From Azolla caroliniana (lineage: Eukaryota > Plantae > Polypodiophyta): DNA of 64,000 nucleotides. Below the pieces are notes generated by a model that was not told the origin of the DNA, searched no databases, and worked only from the letters and a program-made list of their open reading frames with translations. This document shows positions 51,361 to 63,219 of this stretch, piece after piece (the stretch's first letter is position 1; every line of letters begins with the position of its first letter). The position numbers and the translations under genes were made by a program. The stretch is taken from the NCBI GenBank assembly GCA_043228905.1, contig JBHGNT010000015.1, forward strand, positions 14,074,001-14,138,000. Reading direction: 5' to 3'.

Positions 51361-51391
51361 ATGCGCGATCCTTCCACTTGTGAACACAAAC
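51361..51391 (-). repeat. Right terminal inverted repeat
   Basis: ATGCGCGATCCTTCCACTTGTGAACACAAAC. Confidence 0.85.
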
Positions 51392-52106
51392 ATGTTAATC
51401 TTGATTGATCGTTTCTTGGTGGCACATTAATTGATTGCTTGTGATGATTGACTCAATGATGGGCCATCATCTCTTCGTTGGTAGGGCTACTGCTGAAGAT
51501 ATGCGTTCACGCAAGCCAACATTAGCTGCAATATCGATCGATGTATGAAATGGAATGGGTTAGGGGACTTCATCTTTCACAAAGCTTCTTCTTTACTAGT
51601 GTTCACTACTACATTTTCAAGGTTGTGGCAACGAAAGCTCGTTCATGATTTTGATTTTCTTGCAGGGTTATGTATTGTGACTAAATCTATCGCTATAGAT
51701 GTTATCACTACGTAGCGACAAACGTTTCGTCTCTATATAGCGACATCAATGAGTCGGCTTCTATCATTTTGAAGTGACTAAATAATCATCTCTAGGTAGT
51801 GAGAGTTCTTCTGTCGCTAAGTAATGACAATTCTTTTGTCGGTCCATAATGATAGAGTTATGTCGATACATAGCGATAGAAAAATGTGGGAGAGGCGACT
51901 GAAAGTGGGGGGAGTTGTTTAACTAATCCCCCACTTTTTAAGGGGAGAAATGTGGGATTAGTCCAAGTTTCTCCCATTCCACTCCCTTTTCCCATTTACT
52001 CCTCCCCCCCTAAATCTGTGCCCCTTTCCCCATTTCCCCCTCCCCCTATAAATCTGTTCCCCATTTCTTCCCCTTTGTAAAAATATGCCCCCCCCTTTCC
52101 CCTCAC

Positions 52107-53176
52107 AAAAAGAAAACCCCCAACTCTTATGCCTTCAATTAAGTTATTCCACCAGATGATGACCTCTCGCATGTAGGCACTTCGACACAAAAAGGTCTCC
52201 TCTTTCCCAACCACTTCACTTCGACACATCAAATCACATAAAGTAGTTGCAATCGCAACCATCTCAGGCACGAGAGAGAGATGCAACAACTAATCATCGA
52301 GTTAGTACTAACCTATACCATCCACCAAACCATTGCGACCTTTCCTACTTCTTTAGGCATGTCTTCACAAGAAGCCATAGACCTCATTATAGAGTAGCGT
52401 GTCTACACGCAGGCAAAGGTCGGTCGATTGAATGTATTTGGACCTTTTTGTGTTTCTTCTAAGTTCTATAGGTAGGAAAATTCTAGAGGTCTTGCAATGT
52501 AGGATGGATCTCTTCAATGCCTAGATGTTATGCCATGTATTTCCACACTCACCCTTGATATTTCTTCTTCAGCCACTATGTGCTTGCCAAGGGTTTGGGG
52601 CTTGATAGTTTAGTTTTTTATGTGGAAGGATATTTTGGTTTTGGTAAAAAAGAAAACCCCCGACTTTTATGCCTTCAATTAAGTTATTCCACCAGATGAT
52701 GACCTCTCGCATGTAGGCACTTACTTGTTGATAGCAGAAACAAAAAGGTCTCCTCTTTCCCAACCACTTCACTTCGACACATCAAATCACATTAAGTAGT
52801 TGCGATTGCAACCATCTCAAGCACAAGAGAGAGATGCAACAACTAATCATCGAGTTAGTACTGACCTATACCATCCACCAAGCCAATGCGACCTTGCCTA
52901 CTTCTTTAGGCATGTCTTCACAAGAAGCCATAGACCTCATTATAGAGTAGCATGTCTACACGCAGGCAAAGGTCAGTCGGCTGAATGTGTTTTGACTTCT
53001 CTGTGTTTCTTCTGAGTTCTACAGGCAAGAATATTCTAGAGGTCTTGCAATGTAGGATGGATCTCTTCAATGCCTAGAGGTTATCCCATGTATTTCCACA
53101 CCCACCCTTGAGATTTCTTCCTCAGCCACTATGTGCTTGCCAATGGTTTGGGGCTTGGTAGTTCAGTTTTTATGTG
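52107..53176. repeat. 2 x about 540-bp tandem duplication
   Basis: AAAAGAAAACCCCC...TATGCCTTCAATTAAGTTATTCCACCAGATG at about 52107 and 52647; ORFs 52247 and 52800 are near-identical. Confidence 0.92.
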
Positions 53177-53754
53177 CCGAGTAGTGGTTGGTTCTATCTA
53201 GCTAATGGTGGATATTTCTATTTCCTTTTCTTGTTGATCAGTTTAGGGTTCTTATATATTTTTGTAGCTTTTGGGCCATCATCTCTTCATTGGCAGGGCT
53301 ACTGCTGAAGATATGTGTTCACGCAGGCCAACATTAGCTGCTATATCGATCAATGTAGGAAATAGAATGAAATTAAATGAATTAAAAAAAGGTTCAAAAT
53401 GTACCAATTTTTTCTTACCTATGCATCTACTGGCTACCTTGGATTTTTCTCCGTTGAAGACACAAAACTACACAACAAGCACTGTTCACATCAACACTTA
53501 CTCATGAACTCATGTTTAAAACATGTCATGTGACTACGAGTCTCTTTCTTACTTTAAATTAGATGTTGTTTTCTTAAGAAACAATAGTACTTAGTCATGA
53601 AATATTTATAGCACGACATGTGAATATGACTCTTCTTACTTTAAATTAGATGTTCTTTAACGCAGTGACATTTCAAATAGGTAGTATGTCGCAATTTGAA
53701 AACTGTCTATCAAAAAATGGCATACTACATCTCATTTCACCAAAAGGGGTGTCG

Positions 53755-56601
53755 CATGCGATTCAAGCTATGAAAGAAATATGCGAGTCACAATCTGAAG
53801 TCCGTAGATTTCTTGGGGCATGTGCATTTTATCACATATGGATTCCGCATGATCCACACATTGCGGACCCAGTCTATGACATGTTGCGGAAGGGAAAGAA
53901 TTTCGAATGGAAACCGGAACATACCAAAACCGTGAAGAAGCTCAAGAAATCAATGTGGAGGGAGAAGCACTTAAGAAGCCGAACTATGACCGACTGATTG
54001 TAGTAATGGTTGATACAAGTCTGACCGGGATCGGATGGGTCATCAATCAAGCTGATTCGGATGGTTCACGATATCCAATCCGATTCGGAGAAAAGGTTCT
54101 CAACGAAAGGCAACGCGGATATGCACAAGTTAAAAGAGAATTATGGGGATTCGTGAAAGCGATAAAATCAGATTGAGATTACTTGATTGGAGCCGAAGTA
54201 GCGATCGAAACGGATTGTCTTCCGATACTCGGGATGATGCGATGTTGCATGATACCGAATGTGGCTATGCTAAGATGGATTGCATATGTAAAGTCTCTTA
54301 ATCCAGAGATATGACACATCTTCGGAAAAGACAACGTGGTAGCGGATATGCTATCAACGGCACAATTCGGAGACAACATAGCTGAATCCAATAATGAAGA
54401 AGTTTCCGAAAACTACTTTACTTCGGAGCACATATGCCGGGTGAATGTAATCCGAGAATTCCGGGAAGAAGAATACGAGGGAGAAAGTTTGCTAATCGGT
54501 AAAGTGCTACAAGAAATCGAGGAATCATTAGACAATAAAGAAAAGAGAGCCGAGATCCGAAGTAACAAGCGGCAAGTCCAAAAGTTTTTCTTGAACAATG
54601 GATTAATCTGGAGGAAGCCGAAAAGACCGGATGGCATACCACTACGGGTAGTTGGAACAAAAGAGCAACGAAGTCGGATAATATCCGAATTTCACGAATC
54701 CGATTGGGCTGAACATCGGGGAACATGAGCAACATTCGCGAAGTTCAAACAAAAATATTGGTGGACGAATATGTACAAAGAAGTAGTGGAGTTCGCGGAA
54801 AGCTGCGAGAAATGTCAAATCTACTGCGGAGTTTGACACCGAGATGAATTACATCCGACATTCTCACCGACAATCAACTTCAAATGGATGGTCGACATTG
54901 TGACCATGCCAACCGGGATTGGCCAAAAGAAGTACTTGGTGTTAGCTTGGGAAGATCTGACAAACCAAGTAGAAGGACGGGCACTACGGAGGATAACATT
55001 TTCCGTAGTATGCCAATTTCTCTTGGAAGAAGTGTTCTGCAAGTACGGGTGCGTCAGACAAGTGATTGCGGATCGGGGAGAACTTGACATTGATGAAGCT
55101 AGGGAATTCTTCGTCAGACATGGAGTACGGTTAACACTAACCACGGCCTATAATCCGGAAGCCAACGGGAAGATCGAATGAGGACATGGTCCAATTGTCA
55201 AAGCACTTGCAAAATCATGCGACGGAAGGGTGAAGGATTGGCCGCAGATGTTTCCGTATGCACTATGGGCGGATCGCACAAAACATAGTTCCGTGACCGG
55301 TTATATGCCAGCCGAACTTATGACTGGACAAGTACCAGTAATGCCGACGGAAACCGCGATTACAACATGGACAGTGCTACCGTGGAAGGAAGAAATGAGC
55401 CCGTAAGAACTACTATCGGTCTAGATACGACAACTAGAGGGAAGACCGGAAGACATAGTGGAAGCAACATGCCGACAACAAGAAGCGCGATTCCGGAACA
55501 AAAGTCGATTCGACACAAAGCATCGACTACGACCACGAAAGATTGAAGAAGGAGATTGGGTGATTGTCTATGATAATAGTTTGGATCATCAACATACAAT
55601 AATACGGAAGTTTGCTAAAAGGTGGTTCGGGCCATACGAGGTTCGGAAAGTTTTCGACAATGGAACTTACTGACTATGCGAGTTGGATGGAACAGTACTA
55701 CAGGTGCCTATAGCGGGGAAACGGGTGAAGATTTTTAAGAAGTGGACTGACGACGAACCTTATGTAAGCTTAAACAAGACCGACAACGAGGAGCAATCAT
55801 ACAAAGATCGTGGTGATGCGGAAAACAAAGAAAGTGGACTACAATTGATAATCAACATAAGGGGACAATCAGAGAGTGCTACGGATGAAGGCAAATAACA
55901 AGCATCGGGAACTTCACCACATATCGGAGGATGTGTTACTTCGGAGGGGGCGAGTGTCGTAGTGTATTTTGTACACTACGTGAAAAACGTATACAGTATT
56001 CGATTCAATAAATATGAAGAAATAGAAGAAAATGTTAAAATAGGTGATACATGCATAGGGCAAGATTTGAACCTTGTACGTCCATGTTAACAATTTTAAG
56101 CCTTACCATTATACTAGCATATTACGAGTTTGTAAACTTATACTAAACTTTATCCCATGTAAATATTTTAGATAAGCATGATAGAAAAAGTTATTCATGC
56201 ATACACACTCGAGTTAAATGAAAAGATGTGATACAAATCTAATCATGCAGATGTAGTGTGCATGAAAACTAAAGTTAGAAAAAGCATGATGTTTGCATGT
56301 GATAAACATAGACTCTTCCATTATTATATAAGGGAGACAGAAAGATGTATACAGGTTGTTGATTTTTTGTAAGGGGAATTAATATAAAATATTCGTGGGA
56401 TCCATGATTTTGCCATCTATTTCTCTCTTACAATCTAAGTATCAATTAACACACTATACTCGTGGGATTCACGAGTTTCATACCTTCATCTTGCAATCTA
56501 TTCATAACGAACCTTATCTCATATTCTTCTTTCTCCTAGTCCAGAACCCTAGCAGTTCCCACTTGACTCATGCAAACGATCCGACGCCAAAAGGCACGAC
56601 A
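53755..56601 (+). mobile_element. 5'-truncated Phygy-like gypsy element (RT end, RNase H, integrase, 3' LTR 55955-56601)
   Basis: Peptides closely parallel to 19920-21900 (EVRRFLGACAFYHIWIP, QRGYAQVKRELWG, ADRGELD, TAYNPEANGKIE); PPT GGAGGGGGCGAG then TGTCGT...ACGACA. Confidence 0.9.
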
Positions 56602-57795
56602 ACGTGTATAGAATACTACGGTAAATTCTCACCACGGGATATTATATGGTCATGCCCGTAACATCGCCCTTATGAAACCCACATCCAACATTTCGCACTC
56701 GTAATAGGATTGAAAGAGCCAAAACCACATAGGTGGGCATAGAGACATGGTTTATTGTTACATTTTTTTGTGTATAAACTATTCATGATTTGAACAAACA
56801 TGGTTCAGCCTCGGGGAGCCGTCATGAGAAAACCGATATTATAGAGATCAGGGAAAGACATTCATTGGTCACCCCCATGGTTTTTAAAACACCTTTTTGT
56901 TATCATAGTTACCTAATCTTGAACCTCATCTCGTATTTCTAGAGGGGTATAGATGTGATATCATAATATCGATTAATGTTTGCCCATGATATTTTTACAT
57001 CACGACATGATGTTATGGTTATTTGTCTCGCACCATCCTATTTCTTTGCCAAACATGATATTTTCATGGCTCATAATAATGACCCGATGACATCCTCCAA
57101 AGTGGAGGGGATTCAGGGAAATATTTCTGGGGCAATCCCAATGGCGTCATATTTTTTACAAAAACAAAGTTGTAGACCATAAAGGTAAGATTCTTGACAT
57201 CCTTGAGCTCTATACACATCATTTAAGTAGTTGTAAAAGTTAACTCCCTTAGTATGTATTGGAACCCAATGATTTAGTATGTGCAAACGGTGTTGTGATG
57301 TGAAGGGTCAATGGTGAGAGAACTAGGTGAAAGGGTGCTAAATAGGGGTTTCCAAGTGTGGAAGGAAAAGGGACCAAGAGGGGAAAGATAAGCATGCGAA
57401 CAAGGGGAAAGTATGAGGGCATGGGGAAGAGAAAAAGTAAGAGAGCTCGAGGAAGACACATGTATGAGGAAGGGAGGAGAGAGCTAGCACAAGTAGTTAG
57501 GAATTAAATATATGATAATGAAAGGTGAAACGCTTAGTGGTTAAGGCCTTACACGAAGTACTAGGTGTACAAGGTTCAATGTTTTGAATTGCGCATTTTA
57601 AGGAGCCTTTATTCCCTTTTGAAAAGAGGGAAGTTGGGCATTAAATGTAAAGTGGCGCCCTCCTCCCCTTGTTACCCTATAAAAGGAGGAGGAGGGCCTT
57701 CTTGAGAATCAAACTCAACTAGTGTGGAAACACACCTTAGGAATAGCCAAGTGTGTGAACACCCCACCAATTTGTATCATAACTAATGTGTCATA

Positions 57796-59244
57796 GGAGC
57801 ATAGATTGATATATTTGCATTCGTCGGGGTTACCAAACGAATGCATACGAATAATGTATAAGAATGCATAAAAAATTATTCGTAAAAAAGGAAGAAAAAA
57901 AAAGAGTTCATACTTTTTAGTTTCTTAGATATATCATATAAGAAAGAGACTTTCACATTAAAAAGGGGATATTTAACTTGACATTAGAAAGAAGACTTAC
58001 ACTAAATAATATTTTTATATAATAGATGGAAAACTTAAAATCATTTGTTTTATTTTTAATAAATAATAAATAAATGGTTCATTAATTCCCCACTTTTTAC
58101 TCTCCCACAAAAATTGGTATTTTTATCTATCATTAAAATGGGACCTCACACTAATAATATTTTTATAATAGATATAAAACTTAAATGTATTTGTTTTAAT
58201 TTTTAATAAACTAAAAACAAAACAAATATGTAAATAAATAAAAGGTTCCCATAAAATTTCATTTTTTTATCTCACATTAAGAAGGGACCTCAGACTAATA
58301 ATATTCTTATAATAGATAAAAAACTTAAATGTATTTGTTTCATTTTTAATAATAAAATATAAAAAATAAAAAAAAGATTCATTAATTCCCCACTTTTTAC
58401 TCTCTTGACATTAAAATGGGGACCTCACACTAATAATATTTTTATATAATGGATGTAAAAATATTTGTTTTTAAAAAAAAATTAAAAAAAACAAATGGTT
58501 TTGTAATATTCTTGGAATCATTTTGTATTCTCGAATATCACGGATGTCGAATGCCACAAATATCACGCATGGGTCAATCTATGAATAGGAGTTAACTCCG
58601 AAGTTAGTAGCATAGATTGACACATGCGTGATATTCGTGATATTCTCCATGCTTGATATGCACAAGATTTGAGAATACGAAATGGCCCCAAGAATATTAT
58701 AAAACCATTTGTTTTGGAAAATAAACATTCAAAATATTAATTAATTCATTCATTTTTTAAAATTTTAAAAATGAATTAGTTATAAAAAATGTGATTAGTA
58801 TTAACTATCCTTTATAGTTTCAAATAAAAAAGGGGGGAGTTTATGAACCTTTACTTTATTTTATTTATTTATTTTAAAACAACGAATAGTTTTATATTTA
58901 TTATAGAAGTGAAGTCCCATTTTTAATGTTAGATAAAAATATCCATAAATTTTTGGAGAATAAAAAGTGTAGAATTAATGAACCTTTATTTTATTTTATT
59001 TGTATAGTAAAAATAAAACGAATACTTTTACATTTATTATAAAAATTTATTAGTGTCAAGTCTCTCTTTTATTGTCCCCTTTTTATCGTCAAGTCCCCTT
59101 TTTTATTTCTGGGAAACTAAAAGGGAGTTCATGTACTCTTTTATTATTATTTTTTAACAAATACTTGACCATGCATTTGTATATGTATTCGTTTGAATTC
59201 GAATGGGAAACCCCATGAATGCAAATATGTCAATCTATGGTTAC
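57796..59244. mobile_element. 1.45-kb imperfect foldback: two AT-rich MITE-like units in inverted orientation
   Basis: CATAGATTGAY at 57800 and 58611; GTCAATCTATG at 58573 and 59229; arms are reverse-complementary around 58594. Confidence 0.75.
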
Positions 59245-59249
59245 TAGGT

Positions 59250-60594
59250 AGTTAAGTCTCCACCTTCTCAAGAGGTGGTTGTAATAAGAGAATATAGAGA
59301 GAAGGTTACTACATAAGCACCTTCTCCTCTACTTTATAATTGTTGGTTGCCTTTTCTTGTTAATATAGTTTTTCTGTTTTCTACATACCTTGTGGTTCTC
59401 ATTCTCACTCTCACTCTCACTTTATTTATCTATCATACACAGAAACACACACACCTCTTCCGCTGCATAGAATCACATCCGATTCTTTACATGGTATTAG
59501 AGTTATTGGTAACTTGATCCAAGCTTATCCACGTGTGTTGTGCTTACGTCCACGTTCACGAAGAACCGGCACATCGTTGTAGTAGCAACCCTGCACAGTT
59601 CGTATCATAAAGAAGAAGAAATCACAAGTCGACCATCATGAACACTCAGATGAGCAACTCTCTCACAAAGTGAAAAGCTCAACAAAAAACAACTTCGCAT
59701 CTTGGGAATACAAGATGTACCAATACCTTGTCGGCCAAAGTTATTGGAGTTATATTGAAGAAGCACAAGAAACGCAACCCAACCCAACACATGCCGACTA
59801 CTTTGCATTGGGGCAAGTCTACTGACTCAAAAAGACTCTCTATGGCCTCAAGCAGGCACCTAGAGCATGACATTCGAAGATAACCAAATATCTTCACCAA
59901 ATCGGCTTCAAAATATCCAAGTTCGGCAACTCCTTGTTCATCCGAAGTAACTCCAGAGGATAGTTGTTTATCATAATATATGTGGATGACTTGGTCATTG
60001 GAGGACAACACAGTAGATATCAAACATATCAAGAAACTACTCTCTAGCCAATTCGAAATGAAAAATATGAAGGAGCTCCATTACTTTCTAGGGATAGAAG
60101 TAATTCAGACCCCAGAGGACATCATGAACTCCCAACGAAACTATATCCTCAATTTGCTCTTCAAGTTTGGGATGACAGAGTGTAAGCCCATTGCTACCCC
60201 TCTCGATTGAAACCTGAAGCTAGATGCCAACTCCAGCACAAAAGAGTATGAGCCAACTCACTATCGATAGTTAGTTTGAAGCTTGGTCTATCTCACCATT
60301 ACTCGACTTGACCTTAGGTACCCAATCGTCCTCCTTAGCCAGTTTATGCAGACACCACGAAACATTAATCTGGACTGTGCTAAACGAGCACTAAGGTATG
60401 TAAGTGGGACGATGGATTACAACATTTTCTTCAAGTCGGCCACTCCAATTCAACTTGAAGGGTACACAGACGCCGATTGTGCCGGTTACATGGTCGACAG
60501 ACGATCGACTTCTGTATTTGTCTTCTCCCTCGGCAATAGAACTATCTCTTGTAGTAAAAAGCAACCGATAGTTGCATTGTCGAGCATAGAAGCA
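59250..60594 (+). mobile_element. Internally deleted Ty1/copia (LTR end, PBS, gag start joined to RT/RNase H)
   Basis: ...TTTACA then TGGTATTAGAG at 59492; NNFASWEYKMYQYL gag; LYGLKQAPRA about 100 bp later; YVDDL; YTDADC; KKQPIVALSS. Confidence 0.82.
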
Positions 60595-63219
60595 TGTTAA
60601 GAGTTAGGAGATTAATTATGGGTTAATTAGTACCTAATTATGTGATTAGTTGATAAGCAAAAGATTAAGTGATATGTGTGTGTATGTGTGTGAGAGGAAG
60701 ATAGAGAGAGAGGAAGTTAACATATATGAACAACACAAGATGGGGGATGATTAAGTCTATATTAAATTAGCATCATTATCATCAATATACAAAAATACCC
60801 ACAATGAGGTATATATACATCTCATGTGCAAAGGTGCATATGTGTGAGTAGAATATAGGTACTAAGGTGTAAGTCCTATATTAAATGTACTTAGGAGTGG
60901 AGGATCTAGAATATCCCACTTAAGTACAAGGTCCTATTTAAGGCGTTACTAGATTCTATCTAGGTAACTACGAAGTTACATGACCGTTGACTAAATAACT
61001 AAACTAAGTTGACCTTGATCTCTCAACATGCCCCCTCAAGCTCAAGTGTGAGGTGTCCGAATCCGGTGCTGCTTTCGGCGTTGTCCGACTTTCAATGTCG
61101 GCTTCTGTGCGGCTTTCAGTGTCGACTTCTGCATCGTGGCAGTTTCGGTTCCTCCCCCTCAAGCCTGTGACGAAGGCTTGGGTTGACTGCTTTCACCCAT
61201 CATGGGTCATGAGCCACTTCTGTAGAGCTCTCGGGCTCTTGTTCAGCCGCTACCTTCATCATGAAGGCATAATGATGGGCCATGTACTCATTGTAGCCGA
61301 GCCGAGTGACATGATTCTTCTCTCTAGAAGAACATTGAAGTTTTGCGCTCGCCGATGTGAGTGCCTTCTTTACTTCGGGTGTCCGCATGATGGGTACACC
61401 AAATTCATTGTCTAGTGAAGGAGCCGTAATATCCGAATCATTGTTGTTGGGGCAATCGACTTCGTATTCGTTTGCCTTTGTCCAACTTAGGTTGTACTTG
61501 GCCACGATGTGCTTGGGTCGCGTGGGGGCTTTTGTTGCCCACTAAACGATATCGTAATCAGTCTTTATTCGAACATGCGCGTGAGCCGATCTTCGGCTTC
61601 CATCTCTATTTCGGCGGATTCCGGGTTGAGCGGAATCGGAGTCAAAGTAGTCTCTAGTGCATACCAGGATGCAGACTCGTCGAAAACGATGTCTCGACTT
61701 ACTCGAATTGCTCGGGTCGAGGGCTTAAAGCAATTGTAAGCTTTCTTCTCGGACGAGTATCCTACGAGGATACATTTCTCCAACTTCGCATCGGCTTTCT
61801 GTCGTTGTTCGTTCGGGATGCGTACATTCGCAATGCTTTCGAACTCCTTGAGGTGCGACAGGATCAGCTTCCTTCCGACGAGGAGCTCGTATGGAGTTAG
61901 CTCATGCACTCCATTAGTGGTGTATCGATTCATGAGATAGATGGGTGTGGGTGCTGCCTCGGACAATAGAAGTTCGACATGTACTTCTCATGGATCATGG
62001 CGCGTGCTACCTCGAGTATTTCCCGATTCTTCCTTTCGGCTACTCCATTTTGTTGGGGTCTATGCCGGCACGAAAATTCTCTCCGAATGCCTTCACTTTG
62101 GAGGTACGAGGTGAATTCATCGGAGAAGTACTCTTTGCCTCCATCCGATCGTAGGCATCTAATGTTCCAACCGGTTTCTTTTTCGACTTGGCCCTTGAGC
62201 TTTTGGAAGTGGGAGAACACTTCGCTCTTCTTCTTCATCGGGAAGATCCATGTGTAGCGTGAGTAGTCGTCGATGAAGGTGACGTAGTATCGGCATTCGC
62301 CGATCGTCGGCTTTTGAGTCGGTCCTCATACATCCGAATGTATGACGTCAAGGAGGCCTTTGCTTGCGGAGCTCTCCTTCAGGAATGGGAGTCGATATTG
62401 TTTGTCGAGTTGACATGCTTCGCATACTCGGTCAATTCGAATGTCGGAAGTCCGATGAAGACTCCCTTTGATTGCATAGCTCGGGGCCGTTGGAGGTTTA
62501 TGTGGCTGATTCTTTTGTTCCACAACTCGATGTTCATCTCATTTTTGAGACCTTTGGCCTACATGGCTGATTTCACCTCGTTCGAATCGAGGATGAACAT
62601 TCGACCGTCTCTCCGTCCCTTGGCTATGACTCGGCCATCTCTCTCGATGAACCAACCTTCGTTATTGAAGCGGACTTGCATGCCTTGCTCCAGAATTTGG
62701 ACAATCTAGACGAAATTCTTCGTTACTGTGAGCACGTGCAAGACATTCTTGATGCCAGTTTTCTCGCCTTCTTTCCCGAATGGGACATTGCCGATGTGCC
62801 AAATGGGATGTGTGGTGTTATCTCCCGTCTCTATGAAGCCAAGTCAGTCCAGTGTTCATAAGTCACGAAACCACACTTGGTGTGACGTCATATGTGTGAG
62901 GCACCGGAATTGACGAACCACACATCTTCTGAATTAGAGGCACTTGCGCAGTCAGAAGCCGACATAGAGTTCGCTCTATGCCTGATTATGAGTAGTCCGT
63001 CGTAGTTGTCGTATTCGGAGTTGGTGGCGTAATTCGTGAGTTGTCAATTTGTTGAATCCGACTCACTTCTTCTTTTTCAGCACTCCTCATGGTGGCCGAT
63101 TTTTCCGCAATAGTTGCAAGTGGCGGGCCTCATTTGCCGACCTTGTTTGGCATGGAAGCTCCCCCTTCTTCCGAAGGTTCCTCGATGGCTTCCATGAAGG
63201 TTGGAGTTCCCTTCGTGTG
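60595..63219 (-). mobile_element. Ty1/copia deletion derivative (zinc knuckle, protease, integrase; RT/RNase H missing) with 3' LTR 60595-61028
   Basis: CNYCGKIGHHEEC, LLDVIHSDV, LRSDGGKEY, PQQNGVAERKNR, KCILVGYS; minus-strand PPT CTTGAGGGGGCA then TGTTGAG. Confidence 0.88.

Larger units (their letters stand above)
33495..51391 (+). mobile_element. TIR DNA transposon, Sola-like, carrying a ParB-methyltransferase cargo gene; interrupted by a 10-kb gypsy element
   Basis: Inverted repeats 33495-33525 and 51361-51391 match at 29/31 nt and closely bracket the 3' ends of two divergent genes; transposase motifs on the + strand. No convincing TSD found. Confidence 0.82.
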
